Source: Hemiscyllium ocellatum
Taxonomy: Eukaryota
Direction: 5' to 3'
DNA length: 64,000 nucleotides
Assembly: GCF_020745735.1 (NCBI RefSeq)
Contig: NC_083420.1
Span: 29,264,001-29,328,000 of the forward strand
The translations under genes and the position numbers were made by a program. Positions 50,784-62,524 of this stretch are shown here, one piece after another (the stretch's first letter is position 1; each line of letters starts with the position of its first letter). The notes under the pieces were generated by a model. The model searched no databases and was not told where the DNA came from. It saw nothing but the letters and a program-made list of their open reading frames with translations.

Positions 50784-52163
50784 CTGGAAAGGGAAGGAAA
50801 ATATTCATGACATAATGGAAATGAATGTTACAAAATGTACTTTATATACCTGGTGTTTGTCATTGCAGAGAGTTCTAATTAAGCATGTTCTACATGTTTT
50901 TCTTCCAGGAACTTTATTTCATGCAGCCTTTGAAGCATTAGCGCTTGAAAGCAATCTCTTTTTATGCAGCACCTTTTATAACCTCAGGACACCCCAAAGT
51001 GCTTGACAGCCAATTAAGTACTTTTGATGGTCCATGTGGAAATTGTAGAAAAAGAGGTATGGGCGAAGTTCAGCATCCAAAATGTTGGAAGTACTACAAA
51101 AACAGTAACAGCGTTGATAAAATACTTGTTAAAATCTAGCCGAGATGATGGAAAATAACATTTAAATTTTCTGCAGTGAAACCAGCAACCAAATGTGTGA
51201 TGGGTCAAAAGGTGCCAACAATACACCATCAGTTTAGATGAATAGGATGGTGACTGTTTCGTAAGGAAGAATTCTGTGTATAAATGCAATATTCTTACGA
51301 AATAATGGCAACAAGAGCCACCGGACTTTTGGCCATTACAGAGGATGTTATTTGTGTTCCATTACATGCTGCAATGGAGAGGCGCAGAAGATATAGGTCA
51401 TTTGATGTCATAAGATCTTGAAGGGTACCTATATAAGGCTGCTTGAGTCCCTTGGCCTCATCCTCTGTGGTCAAAGCTGCGGCATAAAAATAGGAGATTA
51501 ACAGAACAAAGAGAGAAATTTAGTTGTTTCAATTCATCTGCTTGCTTGTTGTTTGAGAAAGGATGAACGAAGACAAATATAGGTTCCTTACAGACAGAAA
51601 CAAAGGAAGTTATAATGGGGAACAAAGAGATGGCACGTTAAACAAACACATAACTTGGTTCTGTCTTCATAAAGGAGGATACAAATCACTTTCCAAATAT
51701 GTTGAAAGCACAGGGTTTTGTGCAAGGGAGGAATTAGAGGGAATAAGTACTTTAAGCTAACTGTTGAAGACAAAACATTCAATGTTTTCAAGAAGCAGCT
51801 GGATGTAGTTCCTAGGGTGAGAGAAATCAGAGAGTGTGAGGAGCAAGCGGGAACAGGATACCGAGTTGCATGATCATATTGAATGGCGGAGCAGGTTCGA
51901 AGAGCTGAATTTTCTATGTTTCTATTCAAGTCTTGAGGATCGATGAGCTTACAGTGACTGTTTAGTAGTCTTTGACATAATCGCCTTCATGTTGAACAAT
52001 GCTAAATTTTTGATGGCAACACAAGCACATCACATAAATCATTGAAACTAACAATGAGAAAGAAAATGCTTTGGATAACATGATGTGTAAGATAATGCCA
52101 TTGTCATGACATGTTAGATAGCTAGAGATGTAACAAAACATTATTGTCAGAATTATCTTTTAC

Positions 52164-52321
52164 CTGTCATAAGCACAGTTTGTTGTGATGGCAGAAGTAG
52201 TATCTGCAGAATCTGGAATAAGCCATTGGAATTGGTTGTCTTTGCGTAGGCGAATATAAGCCCAGTCACTTGGTTTGACGTAAGAACAATCTGCATTTAG
52301 ATCACCCATGATCAGCATGTT
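52164..52321 (-). CDS. DNASE1: DNase I coding exon 6
   Basis: Acceptor CACAG, then NMLIMGDLNADCSYVKPSDWAYIRLRKDNQFQWLIPDSADTTSAITTNCAYDR, donor GTAAAA. 158 nt. Confidence 0.95.
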
Positions 52322-52411
52322 CTGTGTAGGCCACAAATGAAAGTATTTAAACGCATGGCAATTAAAACAATAAATTATCTGTCGTTTTATTGCTTATGTT
52401 TTATTGCTTAC

Positions 52412-52524
52412 GTCAGTTCCCAACTTCGTCTTAGCATCAAGAAAGACATCATACAGGGCATCTATTTCCTTTACTGCTGATGAAGGTGATGTGTGCTGCG
52501 GTATGATAATGAAGTCACAAATGG
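52412..52524 (-). CDS. DNASE1: DNase I coding exon 5 (catalytic His134)
   Basis: Acceptor TTCAG, then AICDFIIIPQHTSPSSAVKEIDALYDVFLDAKTKLGTD, donor GTAAGC. 113 nt. Confidence 0.95.
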
Positions 52525-53531
52525 CTGAAGAAGGAAAAAGAATTTGAAGGGAAAACGTAAATAAAGTACACTTAAGACTGAGCATTTAACTGTCCTCACT
52601 TTTGAAAAGAAAATCATTACTTTCTTTGAAATTGTGGCAGGAACAGCTGATGAAGAAAATGATCTGTCTGGTTCCTGGTGTTTAAAATAAACTCCTGCAA
52701 GTATAATATGAAATAACATTTTGAAAAATAGTCTTTACCCCATCTTGTTCACTGGGAGACTTGGGACTGCTGTTTCTCAGGCAACATGGCCTGCAATTCC
52801 TTCCAAGTTGTAGTTTTCTTAGATCAATTCACCAGAAATTGACCAAAGCAGCATGAAAGAGGGGTATATTTTGAATGCAAATTGTGCCTAGCACAAAACG
52901 TGTTTATTTTTAAATCATCTAGTTAAATGGACCTGCTTGCAAAGCTATGTTCCCAGATCAAATTAATCCTCGTTGCCAATTTTCAGCAAAAGCTCTTAAA
53001 ATTAACCTACTTTTATAGATTCAGGAGCTCAAATAGGCATTAATTAACATCTTAATATTACAAAAAAAACTGAGAAAATTGATCATTGTATACAATGAAA
53101 CTAGCATATGATCCTTGATTGTTTTTAGCTGTCATTTTGAAACAGAATACATTTAGTTTCTCAAAGGCAACAAGATATTGACTAAAGATGTTTGCATCAA
53201 CACTAATGTATAAACCGTATTAAATTAATGCATACATTTAATGCTAATTATTCAAGGAAACTTTTTAAAATGGGCAAAAATGTTGCCTGATTGGACTGAT
53301 CCTTGACAGATTTTACCTTCAGCAATGTAAAAATTAGAATGGAACCATGAATAACAAAACAAATTGCTTCTGAAAGCAGATACAATTTTGAGTACTTTGC
53401 ACTTGGTTTACCAGTAGTGCCCAAATTGAAAACTCTTGGCTTGTCTCTCCAACCATACTAGATTTGAGGCTTGAAGTTACCAAAACATTCTACGTTGAAC
53501 TTATTTGTGTTGCAGTGCTGAAATGCTTTAC

Positions 53532-53647
53532 CTGAATAGGGTAAAGAAAACTTCACAAGAAATGGTTCCCGACTGAAAATATCATGACCAGTCTTTTCAG
53601 AACCATCATTGTAGAGATAACTGTTGACCACAGACACTTTTGAGTTT
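53532..53647 (-). CDS. DNASE1: DNase I coding exon 4
   Basis: Acceptor AACAG, then NSKVSVVNSYLYNDGSEKTGHDIFSREPFLVKFSLPYS, donor GTAAAG. 116 nt. Confidence 0.95.
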
Positions 53648-53756
53648 CTGTTGAGATGAGAATAATTGTCATTAAAAAGTCATGTGAAGAAATGTTTATA
53701 TTTCAATGAAAATAACTTCTCAAAATAATTTTCTGGTGGAACAGTCATGACTGTAC

Positions 53757-53840
53757 CTGTACACAAAGAGGTATCTTTCTTTATAGGTGCTACGTCCAAG
53801 TGGATCACTGACAATGTACGAATAGGTTTCTTTAGAGGGG
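53757..53840 (-). CDS. DNASE1: DNase I coding exon 3
   Basis: Acceptor TCTAG, then PSKETYSYIVSDPLGRSTYKERYLFVYR, donor GTACAG. 84 nt. Confidence 0.95.
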
Positions 53841-54214
53841 CTAGAGAAATATCAGTAAGTTAGTAATGTGCAGAGAAAGCTTAAAGTTAACAAGCACTTA
53901 CACAAGTGTAGATTGATTAAGTTACATTGCTGGAGTTCTTTGTGACAAATTCAACAGCGATGATTCAAAAATCAAATTTCAAAAGAAATCAACACTTGCA
54001 ATGGCTGGTTCCCGTGGTTTTGGCCAGTAAATGTGTGTTCAGTGGCTGGTTATTAAACTGAATAATAAATAATCAAAGAAAAATGTGGCACAATAAATGA
54101 AATCATCCCATTCTTTTTGGAACACTTTTTGCTGATTAGGATTATCATGAAGTCATCACAACTTGCATGTGTTGGAGGTGAATCAGCTGCTTTCTCTTTT
54201 AATAGAACAGCTCT

Positions 54215-54430
54215 GTTGGCCTGGGTTCACCTGTATCAGAGGTGTACCATGACATCTCTGAATAGGTTGATTAGAATAAAAATTAACAGCTCCAAAAGGC
54301 TCTTGGGGTGCAGTGGTAGTGTCCCTATCTCTGACTGAAGTCCCACATACTTGAGAAGTGTGTAATAATAACTCTACCCAGGATGCTGCTCCAGAGGTGT
54401 GCAGTAACATCTCTGCACAAGTTGAGGTAG
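54215..54430 (+). mobile_element. Tandem decayed copies of a short tRNA-derived SINE
   Basis: A-box-like GGTGCAGTGGTAG head, and a repeated CAGAGGTGT...ACATCTCTG...GTTGA segment at about 54237 and 54392. Confidence 0.45.
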
Positions 54431-56121
54431 AATTGTCCATAACACGATTCAATGTCAGACACTTGCCAAGGAAAAGGATGGAAGAAGTGACTAAGGAAAC
54501 AATTTGAGGCATAGACTGTAGACAAGTGGCTTCAACCTTCGCAATACTTGGAAGAAATTTGCCTGAATTAGCTCTAGATGTTAGGCGATCAGTTCCATGA
54601 AAAGATACCTGATTGTCTCTGCCTAGTGTATGATGAATTAAGCAAGGAAATTTTGGAGTTTTCAGTTGTAATTTTTTCAAAACTCTCTACATTCAGGAAT
54701 GTTGCCTTTGGATTGGAAAATTGCAAATGTAACTCAATAACTTGAAAGCAACGGGAGATAAGTGTAACGCATTCTTCATCAGTTATTAGTTATCAGAATC
54801 TATACTCATTTACTGTAAACTATCAGATAAAGAGAATCGACATGGATCTGTGAAAGTTGCGATGCGTTTCCCTAATCTGGTCAAACATTTCATACAGAAA
54901 TTATTGGCAAAAATGACAGCATACTAAACTGGTTGTAACCTTGTGGCTTAATAATTGGTTTGATAGTAAGAAAAGGAGACTAAGGATAAAATTTTCACCC
55001 TTTTATTGATGGGATATTATAAGTCGCATTCGCCATTGGAATTTCACCTATCAGTATTTATTTTGATAACTTGGATGAAGGAATGGACATTTTCAAAATG
55101 ATAGTGTTGAGAATCATATTAAGCCAAGTGATTTTCATCTTAGAATCATACTGGTTTTCAGCACATAAGGAATCTAGTTGCTCCATCCAGTCAACGCTGG
55201 CTCTTGACTAGAATGCATCTTACATTATCCCATTCATCTATCCTCTTGATAACTCTATATATTCTTCAATATGTCATGTATAGTTTACTTAAAATGTCAT
55301 TATGTCTGCCTCAACTGTCTGTGGTTGAAATGCTATGCACCATCAAGTGTCTGCAGAAAGAAGTTTCCTTCACCGCTTCTCATTATTGGTGACAACTTTG
55401 AATTGATGAATCATCATCACTGACTCCTCAACCAGAGGAAATAGAATTACAGTTGTCAAACTGTCAAAGCTCAAGAAAAGCTTACATACCTCCACTAAAT
55501 CTCTTAACCTTCTCTGCTCGAGTATAAATAATCTTAAATCTTCCCTATAACTATAATTTGCCATTCCCATTATAATTCAAGAGAGTTTATACCCGTATAC
55601 TCATTAACCACACTGCAATATAGTTTTGGATCCTGCGCAAACGACAAACTAATGGCAAGGATCAAACAGTTATGATTGAAAATTCATCGTTCAACACTTG
55701 ATGTCATTTCACTATCAAACTTCATGTAAAACCTTATTGATTGTCCAATTTTTTTTGGTCCTTCAAAGATTTTCCCCAAATATTACCACTTACGTGTACT
55801 TCATTAATGTATTAGTATTTACAAAATGACAAATAATTTGCAACAAACTAAGTTCCTCAAGCAGCTTAACATTAGCAGTAACGTTTTTTCTGGTTTTATA
55901 CAATATTTACAAAATCTTTCATAGGAGTGTTAGAACTGTTAGTGTCCATTCAGCCCTTCCATTCTCTTTTAACAATTTATCAGATCATGGCTGATCTGTA
56001 CATTAACTCCAGGAAAAAGGATGGTCAGTATTTATTTCTGCCAACTCTCTGTCCAGAATCACAGGGTGCAATATAACTAAAACATTCACAAACGTATCAT
56101 CTCAGTACCAGATGACTGTAC

Positions 56122-56210
56122 CTATTGAGTTTATTCATTAGGGTCTTGACAGCACTCAAGTCAGCATCACGGACTTCTTGTATTAGGATAATGTCATACC
56201 TTTGAACAAG
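56122..56210 (-). CDS. DNASE1: DNase I coding exon 2 (Glu39 QEVRD)
   Basis: Acceptor TTGTAG, then [29 protein letters not shown], donor GTACAG. 89 nt. Confidence 0.95.
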
Positions 56211-58247
56211 CTACAAAGAAATAAAATGGTAGAAATTTAATTCATTTGGCATGGCTCAAGAAGAATTGTATTTTCTGACTCAGCCATATATTTTGAAATG
56301 AAACCCATTTCTTGCATTTTTTTTCATAAAAGGAGAGTTAATAATAGAATGATAAGAGCAGATATTTGAATCGATCTTCATTGAAAAGGTTCTACTTTGT
56401 CGCTGCATGTTATCACCCACTGGAAAATTCTGCAAGATTATTCCATGTTCTTTTCAGTACGAAAAGCAAAATGTGTATTCTCATTTTCTAATTGTAAAGA
56501 TGAGGGATTGAAATAACAGATAAGTCAACAACAATCTGAAACTTGCACTTTTGTGTCTTTCTATGTTCCTAACCTTTCCTCTTCAGTGACAGAAAACAAG
56601 TTTTTAAAATGGTTTTGCTGTTTACGATCTTATTCATAACTTGCAGAGAAAAATGAAGCAGATTTTCATGGGTGAATTGAAGTGATCAGGGAAGAATGAA
56701 CTCATCTGCTGAACTGAATTGATTCAAAGATGATTTAATCTCTGGCAGACAATCTGTACAAAATAGATTTTCCTAAAATAGTTACAATAATTGGCTAAAT
56801 GTTGCTTTTGGTGGATGGCAGATGCCAGGGTGCATAATCCCCAGCTGAGAACAAACTCAAACATTCCCCTAACAATTCTGTAACATATTGCACTGCTGAA
56901 GTAGTTGGTTAGCCAATGCATTTTTAAAATCAAGCAATATTGGTGAAAAGTTCAAGCCTGCCACTCAATTTTACTTTTCAAATGTTTCATCAAATAAGTA
57001 TAAAGAATGTCTGAACAGGCCAAGAGATTAACACAACTATTTAATCTTTACTACAAAGTGCATGAGCCGATAATATATTGACTATTTGTAGTTTGGAGTG
57101 TAGTTTACAACCTGTTAGTAATTCAAAGTAATTTCTTCCATAAGAAAAGTTGAATTATCCAGTAATTATTACAGATTTTGAATTCAGAAGAATAGGTGTC
57201 CTCTTTTATAACAGTTTCTAAACCCTGAATTGGAATTCGAGGGCATTATTTTCTCAGCCAATGGGAATAGTAATGTCAGTGAATTGGAAAGTACATATTT
57301 GGTTTCATTCTTAATGTACATAGTCTCCCATTCTCTAGAATTGGCTTCATTCCCATGACTTGACTAGTTAAATTACAACTAAATATTTAGGAACTATGGC
57401 ATAACCGCTATTGTAGACAAGCCATCATTGACTCTGATTCAGTCGGTTATTTAGAACAAGTTAAAACCAATTTAATTATCATTTCTTTTGTTGCTATTAA
57501 AGTACAAAAACGGTGAGACTAACCTAATGATATCTAAAAACACAAAACAAGCACTCTAATTCAGAATTTGATCATTTGTGTTTATATATATGTAACCTTT
57601 CAGTCCACTTTTTGTTTGCTTATTAATCTTCAATTGAAGAATTAGCATTAGCTACATCTGTCAGCAATCAACTGTACATTTGCAACAGTCTGAATAGAAG
57701 GACCCTGCTAAGCTGCAGTTACACATGTATCATACTCATTTTATACCAGTGTCTGCTAATTTGTTGCTCATAGTGAACCTTTTACAAATATGTTGCAATT
57801 TTAAAGACATGGATGGTTTATGCTCAATACATTGCACATTCTTATAGCTGATCTTTTTGACTATTTTGTGTACTAATCAACATGGAGACTATGGGGAAAG
57901 TAAGGGGATGTGAGGGGTTCTTCTTGATTTTTGTAACAGCTGGGATGAAATCCAGGAACACTGAGGTGAGCCTTTTATCCAGTCCACTTCAGCACCTGGC
58001 AACCCTTGTAGCTATTTTTACACAATTTTCAGGGTCAATGGACCACATTCCAATTTTCACCCACCTCCCACCCAGAAAGAAACGGGTAACAAACTTTTTC
58101 TTGAGTCAGAATTGTGGAGTTTTTAATTTTTCTGACTCTGCCCTTCTGACTCAGTAGTGAAAATTGGATCAATGCTGGTAATTAGAGCTAGATTTATGTG
58201 TAAAAAGCTTGAAGGGTAATATAATTTGCCACAATGTTACTTATTCT

Positions 58248-59920
58248 ACATTCTCCCTTGTCTGCATGGGTTTCCTCTGTTAAAGTACAGGTTTGAGACG
58301 GCCCAGGGAATCCCTTGTGGAGTCAAACCCCTGTCAAGCCTCTCTCGGTTCGTCCCAGAGATCAAACTCTTTGGAAGTTTGGAATAAAAACCTCTTACAG
58401 ACAGTTTAGTTTAATTTTAGTCATCCCCTTTATTCACTAAAGCATCAATGTTACAAAATAACACTGACACCTATAAGCTAAACTAACTAGGTTCTAATAA
58501 TCTAGGAGAGTAGGGTACCAGCTCTTCAAGTGCCCCAGCAAGCTACTCCGGTGTACTGATACAAAGTGGCTTCCTTTATACAAAAGTTTTTTTAAAAACA
58601 CCGCATGTTCTTAATTAGACAGTTAACAGTGAAAGACAGTAATTCGTATGGAAGAAAAGTTAATTGACAGATCTGTGTGCGCTTGACTGATCATTCCTAC
58701 AGGCCTTGAGCTATCCATCAGGTGGGAAAAACATACCCAGCTTGCTAGCGAGATAGACACCTATCATAAAGAGGTCCATTCTGAGCTAATTGGAGAGTTC
58801 ATAAAGTAACCTTGCACAGCTCGCCTGTCTGATACAACTGTTTTGCGAATGGCTTCTTAGCAAGGAGGGCGAACATTTGACCATAAAATGGCTTCCCGAC
58901 ACATTATGTCAGAATCTCTTCAATGTTAGATTCAGAATCATTTTAAGCTGGGAGCAGATTCCTACTTTTTATCTTAAGCACAGAATCATTCTGTATCTGA
59001 GGCTAAAATGTTACTGCAAGATTGTATTTAAAATAATGAATTAGTCTCAAATTTAACATGCCTTCTTTTCAAGTTTGTGATTCAAATTCAAATAAGACAT
59101 AAGATCTGATTAGTTAGAATTGACAGTGGGGCAGTCTGTAAGGTCTGTAGAGTGGTCTGCAAGAATAGCAAGTAAGTTAAGGCTTCATCAATATCACCTT
59201 TTTCAGAGCTTATATTTAATAACTGGTAATAGCTGCACAATATCATCATAAAGTCCCAAAATGCAATTAAATTCATTCCATAGCAGATAAGCACTAAGAG
59301 TTTTCTACTGGCTTCAACAGTCTCAGCACTGAAATGGTCTCTCTCTCTCTCTGGTGTTCTTTTGAACTCTCAAGTCAGGGTTTTATAACAACAAAGATTT
59401 TTTTCTCTCTCTGTGTCTGCCCCACTTGCAAGGGATAATAAGAATCCATTATAATTGGCAGCATCTGACCATTAATCGCAAAGTTTTTGATAGAACCGAG
59501 TTTTGTTTCAGGGTCAGAATCGAACACTGTCATTAATTTCACAAGGGAACGGCTGTGAATGTTATCACTTGGTGTCCTGTTCACACAGATTCACCGATGC
59601 TAAGGCAAGTGTTCTTAATTGTCTTACAGCATCCAGTTATCACTTGGTGAGCATAGGTGTCCCTATCATTTGCATTCCTTAAGTTCCCCCTTTTTCTGAG
59701 CCTTCCTGCCTGTCTATTTTCAAGTGCAGCACATGTGTTCTATAATTCAGCATTACAGTTTAGTCTAAATGTTTAAAGACAAGTTTTAAGGTTATAGACT
59801 TTCTCACCTCCCACAGTCCAAAGAAGTGAAAGTTAGGTGGATGGGGTGCTTTTCAGAGGGTCAGTGTGGACTCGATAGGCTGAATGGCCCCTTCCACACT
59901 AGGGATTCAATGATTCTATG
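58248..59920 (+). mobile_element. Partial V-SINE split by the LTR insertion
   Basis: Left half TTCTCCCTTGTCTGCATGGGTTTCCTC and right half CCCACAGTCCAAAGA...GATTCTATG are contiguous V-SINE sequence (compare 44861-45159). Confidence 0.75.
58278..59806 (-). mobile_element. Solo LTR (1529 bp; ERV- or Gypsy-type)
   Basis: TG...CA ends, imperfect terminal inverted repeats TGTTAAAGT/TGAGAAAGT, and a 4-bp TSD CCTC (58274-58277, 59807-59810). On the minus strand, TATAAA (58580-58575) precedes AATAAA (58434-58429). Confidence 0.8.
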
Positions 59921-60204
59921 TTGTATTGTCTTTGTTGTTTATAAAATCACTGAAGTAGAATGTAGATGTAATCACATAATATCAGTGTGTTAAGAAATTA
60001 CAAATTAGAAATAGACATGAGCTGAAAAGTATATATCTCAGAAGCATGTTGCAGAAGGTTAACTGCTGCTAAAAGTCTTCAAAGAATAAGCATCACATGA
60101 TCGACTAAGAACATCGTAGTGAGGCAAGAACAACTCCCAAAATCAGAAGTTCAAACCAAATGGCTAATAGCACCATAAACAATATTCACAAAACATAAAA
60201 ATAT

Positions 60205-61153
60205 GTTTTTTTGTCATTTATATAAGTGATTTGAATGTGAACATAGGAAGTATGGTTGCTATGTTTGCAGATGACACCAAAATCAGTAGTGTAGTCAATT
60301 CAGAATACAACAGGGACATGATCAGATAGGCCGAGAGAGGGAGACTGAGATTAATTTAGATAAATGTGAGTTGCTGCATTTTCGTAAGGCAAATCAAGGT
60401 AGGACCTGTACACACAATAATAGGGTTCTGGGAAGTGTCGCTGAACAAAGAGACCTTGAAGGGTAAGTTCATAGTTTCTTGAAAGCAGAGTCACAGGTAG
60501 ACTGGGGAGTGAAGAAGCCATTTGGTACTCTTGCCTTTATTGTTAAGTGCATTGAGATTAGGAGTTGGGAGGTCATGTTGCAGCTATACAGGACATTGGT
60601 TAGGCCACTTTTGGAATACTGCACTCAATTCTGGTCTCCTTGCTGTAGGAAGGCTGTTGTGAAGCTTGAAAGAATTCAGAGAAGATTTACAAAGATTTGC
60701 CAGGGTTGGAGGGCTTGAGGTATAGGGTGAGGCTGAATAGGCTGAGGCTATTTTCACAGGAGTGTCGGATGCTGAGGGGTGATCTTATAGAGATTTATAA
60801 AATCATGAGGGGCATGGAGAGGGTGCATAGCCAAGATCTTTCCCCCAGGGCCAAGATCTTTCCCCCAGGGTAAGGCATAAGTTTAAGAGAGAGGGAAAGA
60901 TTTAAAAGGGACCTAAAGAGCAATTTTATTTACACAGAGGATGGTACATGGATGGAATGAGCTGCCAGAGGAAATGGTGGAGGCTCATACAATTACATTT
61001 AAAAGACATCTGGATGGGTATATGAATAGGAAGGATTTAGAGTGATATGGGCCACATGCTGGCAAATGCGACTAGATTTGTTTAGGATAACTGGTCAGCA
61101 TGAATGAGTTGAACCAAAGGGTCTGTTTCCATGCTGTACGTTTTTGTGACTCT
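60205..61153 (+). mobile_element. CR1-type LINE, 5'-truncated
   Basis: Motifs MFADDTK and LYRTLVRPLLEYCTQFWSP, followed by the typical 3' UTR. Has an internal 20-bp tandem duplication at 60831-60870. Confidence 0.9.
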
Positions 61154-61271
61154 GTTGTGAGATTTCAGGTGATTATAGAATTCTGTTTTATTTAGAGATT
61201 AAAGTTCATTCTCGAGATCTATAACAGTCAAAATGCTAGTAACTCAGGAATGAGTGTTCCCAGACTTGACT

Positions 61272-61301
61272 TTTACTTCTTCCCATTTGGGAAGAAGTAA
61301 A
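61272..61301. repeat. Perfect 14-bp inverted repeat with a 2-nt spacer
   Basis: TTTACTTCTTCCCA-TT-TGGGAAGAAGTAAA. Confidence 0.9.
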
Positions 61302-62386
61302 CATGAGAGGAGCAAAGAAAATTACAGTTTTAAATACATTGAAACTAAGTTTGAAAAGTGTCTGGGGTCTTAAGTGTAATGCTATGACCATGTAACACAG
61401 TACATTTTGAACTTGAAAGAAGTAATTGAATAAGATATATTTTAGTACTGATCACTTAGAGTGATCATCTCTTAGATAGCAAACTTTATCTTGCATTTTG
61501 TCCAGAAATCTCTGTATCACACAAGGTATAGCTTTCCATCTAAAGAAAAGATATTCAGATCTTTATACACACTTAAGCTTAGCAGAGAATTGAGAATTAA
61601 GGATGAAATTAGAAATATTTAACATGTAAAGGGAATTGATTTTGTGGAGGCCATTTTTACTTTTTCAGCACTTGTCTTTGAAAATTACCACTAGTTAGGA
61701 TTATGAGTCTTTACTGCAGGATTTCAATAGTATTCAGTTTTGACAAAAGATCATCAACTGAAACATTGTTATGATTTTGATAAAATATGAACTATCAACT
61801 TTTGACTTCGATCATGTAGTGTTAATACCTGGGACTTACATGAACTGAAATTATTTTAAAAATGAAAAACACTCACTTAAAATGTAATCATCAGACCACA
61901 GATCGAGCTAATCTTTATGAAACCATCATAAACAAGAATCAGTCAGAACTAAAATTACATTTTCATCAAAAGAGACTGAAACCAGTCAGACACAAAGAAA
62001 CTTGTATCTCCTCTTTGGATACATACCTGTATGATATGTTTCACATATTGGAGATGAAAGGCATTACCTTCAATTATCCAACTTGGAGACAACGAACCCA
62101 GACATGGGAATACACAAATGAGTTGTATTTCAGGGAAATGCTTTTAGCAGAGCAGCGAGAAGGGTTTGTGAACTGAAACGCAAAAAGGCTCTACTACTGG
62201 TTGATCAAAAATGATCGATTCACCCCTTCTCATTTGGCTATGACAACATTAACTCAGTTCCTGTCTTCACAGTTGCTGCCTAATCTGATAAACATTCTCA
62301 GTAGTTATTAATTCTAGTTCAGTCATATTATCTGTGCTCTAAATTTTGAATGATATCCACATTTAGTTTGATACTGTGATACTTAC

Positions 62387-62524
62387 ATTAACAATGATGT
62401 CAGCAATGGTGGCATTTGACATTTTGCTGTCTCCAAAGGCTTTAATGTTGAAAGCAGAAATTTTAATTGAGCTGACTATATTCAGTGCACAGGCCAGGAT
62501 TAATAATGTGATTAACTGCTGCAT
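62387..62524 (-). CDS. DNASE1: DNase I coding exon 1 (signal peptide plus mature N-terminus)
   Basis: ACCATG, then MQQLITLLILACALNIVSS-IKISAFNIKAFGDSKMSNATIADIIVN, donor GTAAGT. An acceptor CTGCAG 10 nt upstream implies a 5' non-coding exon. The joined CDS is 849 nt (282 aa). Confidence 0.95.

Noticed and set aside
59088-59584. Two minus-strand ORFs in the LTR as retroviral accessory genes
   Set aside because: Both are under 70 aa, start at non-ATG codons and have no recognisable motif. Conservation across LTR copies would be needed.
60831-60870. Perfect 20-bp tandem duplication
   Set aside because: It lies inside a dead CR1 next to a small deletion, an ordinary slippage or repair event.
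61862-62176. 104-aa plus-strand ORF antisense to the DNase I intron
   Set aside because: No recognisable host domain or splice context. It lies beside decayed PLE-like sequence and is probably TE-derived or chance.
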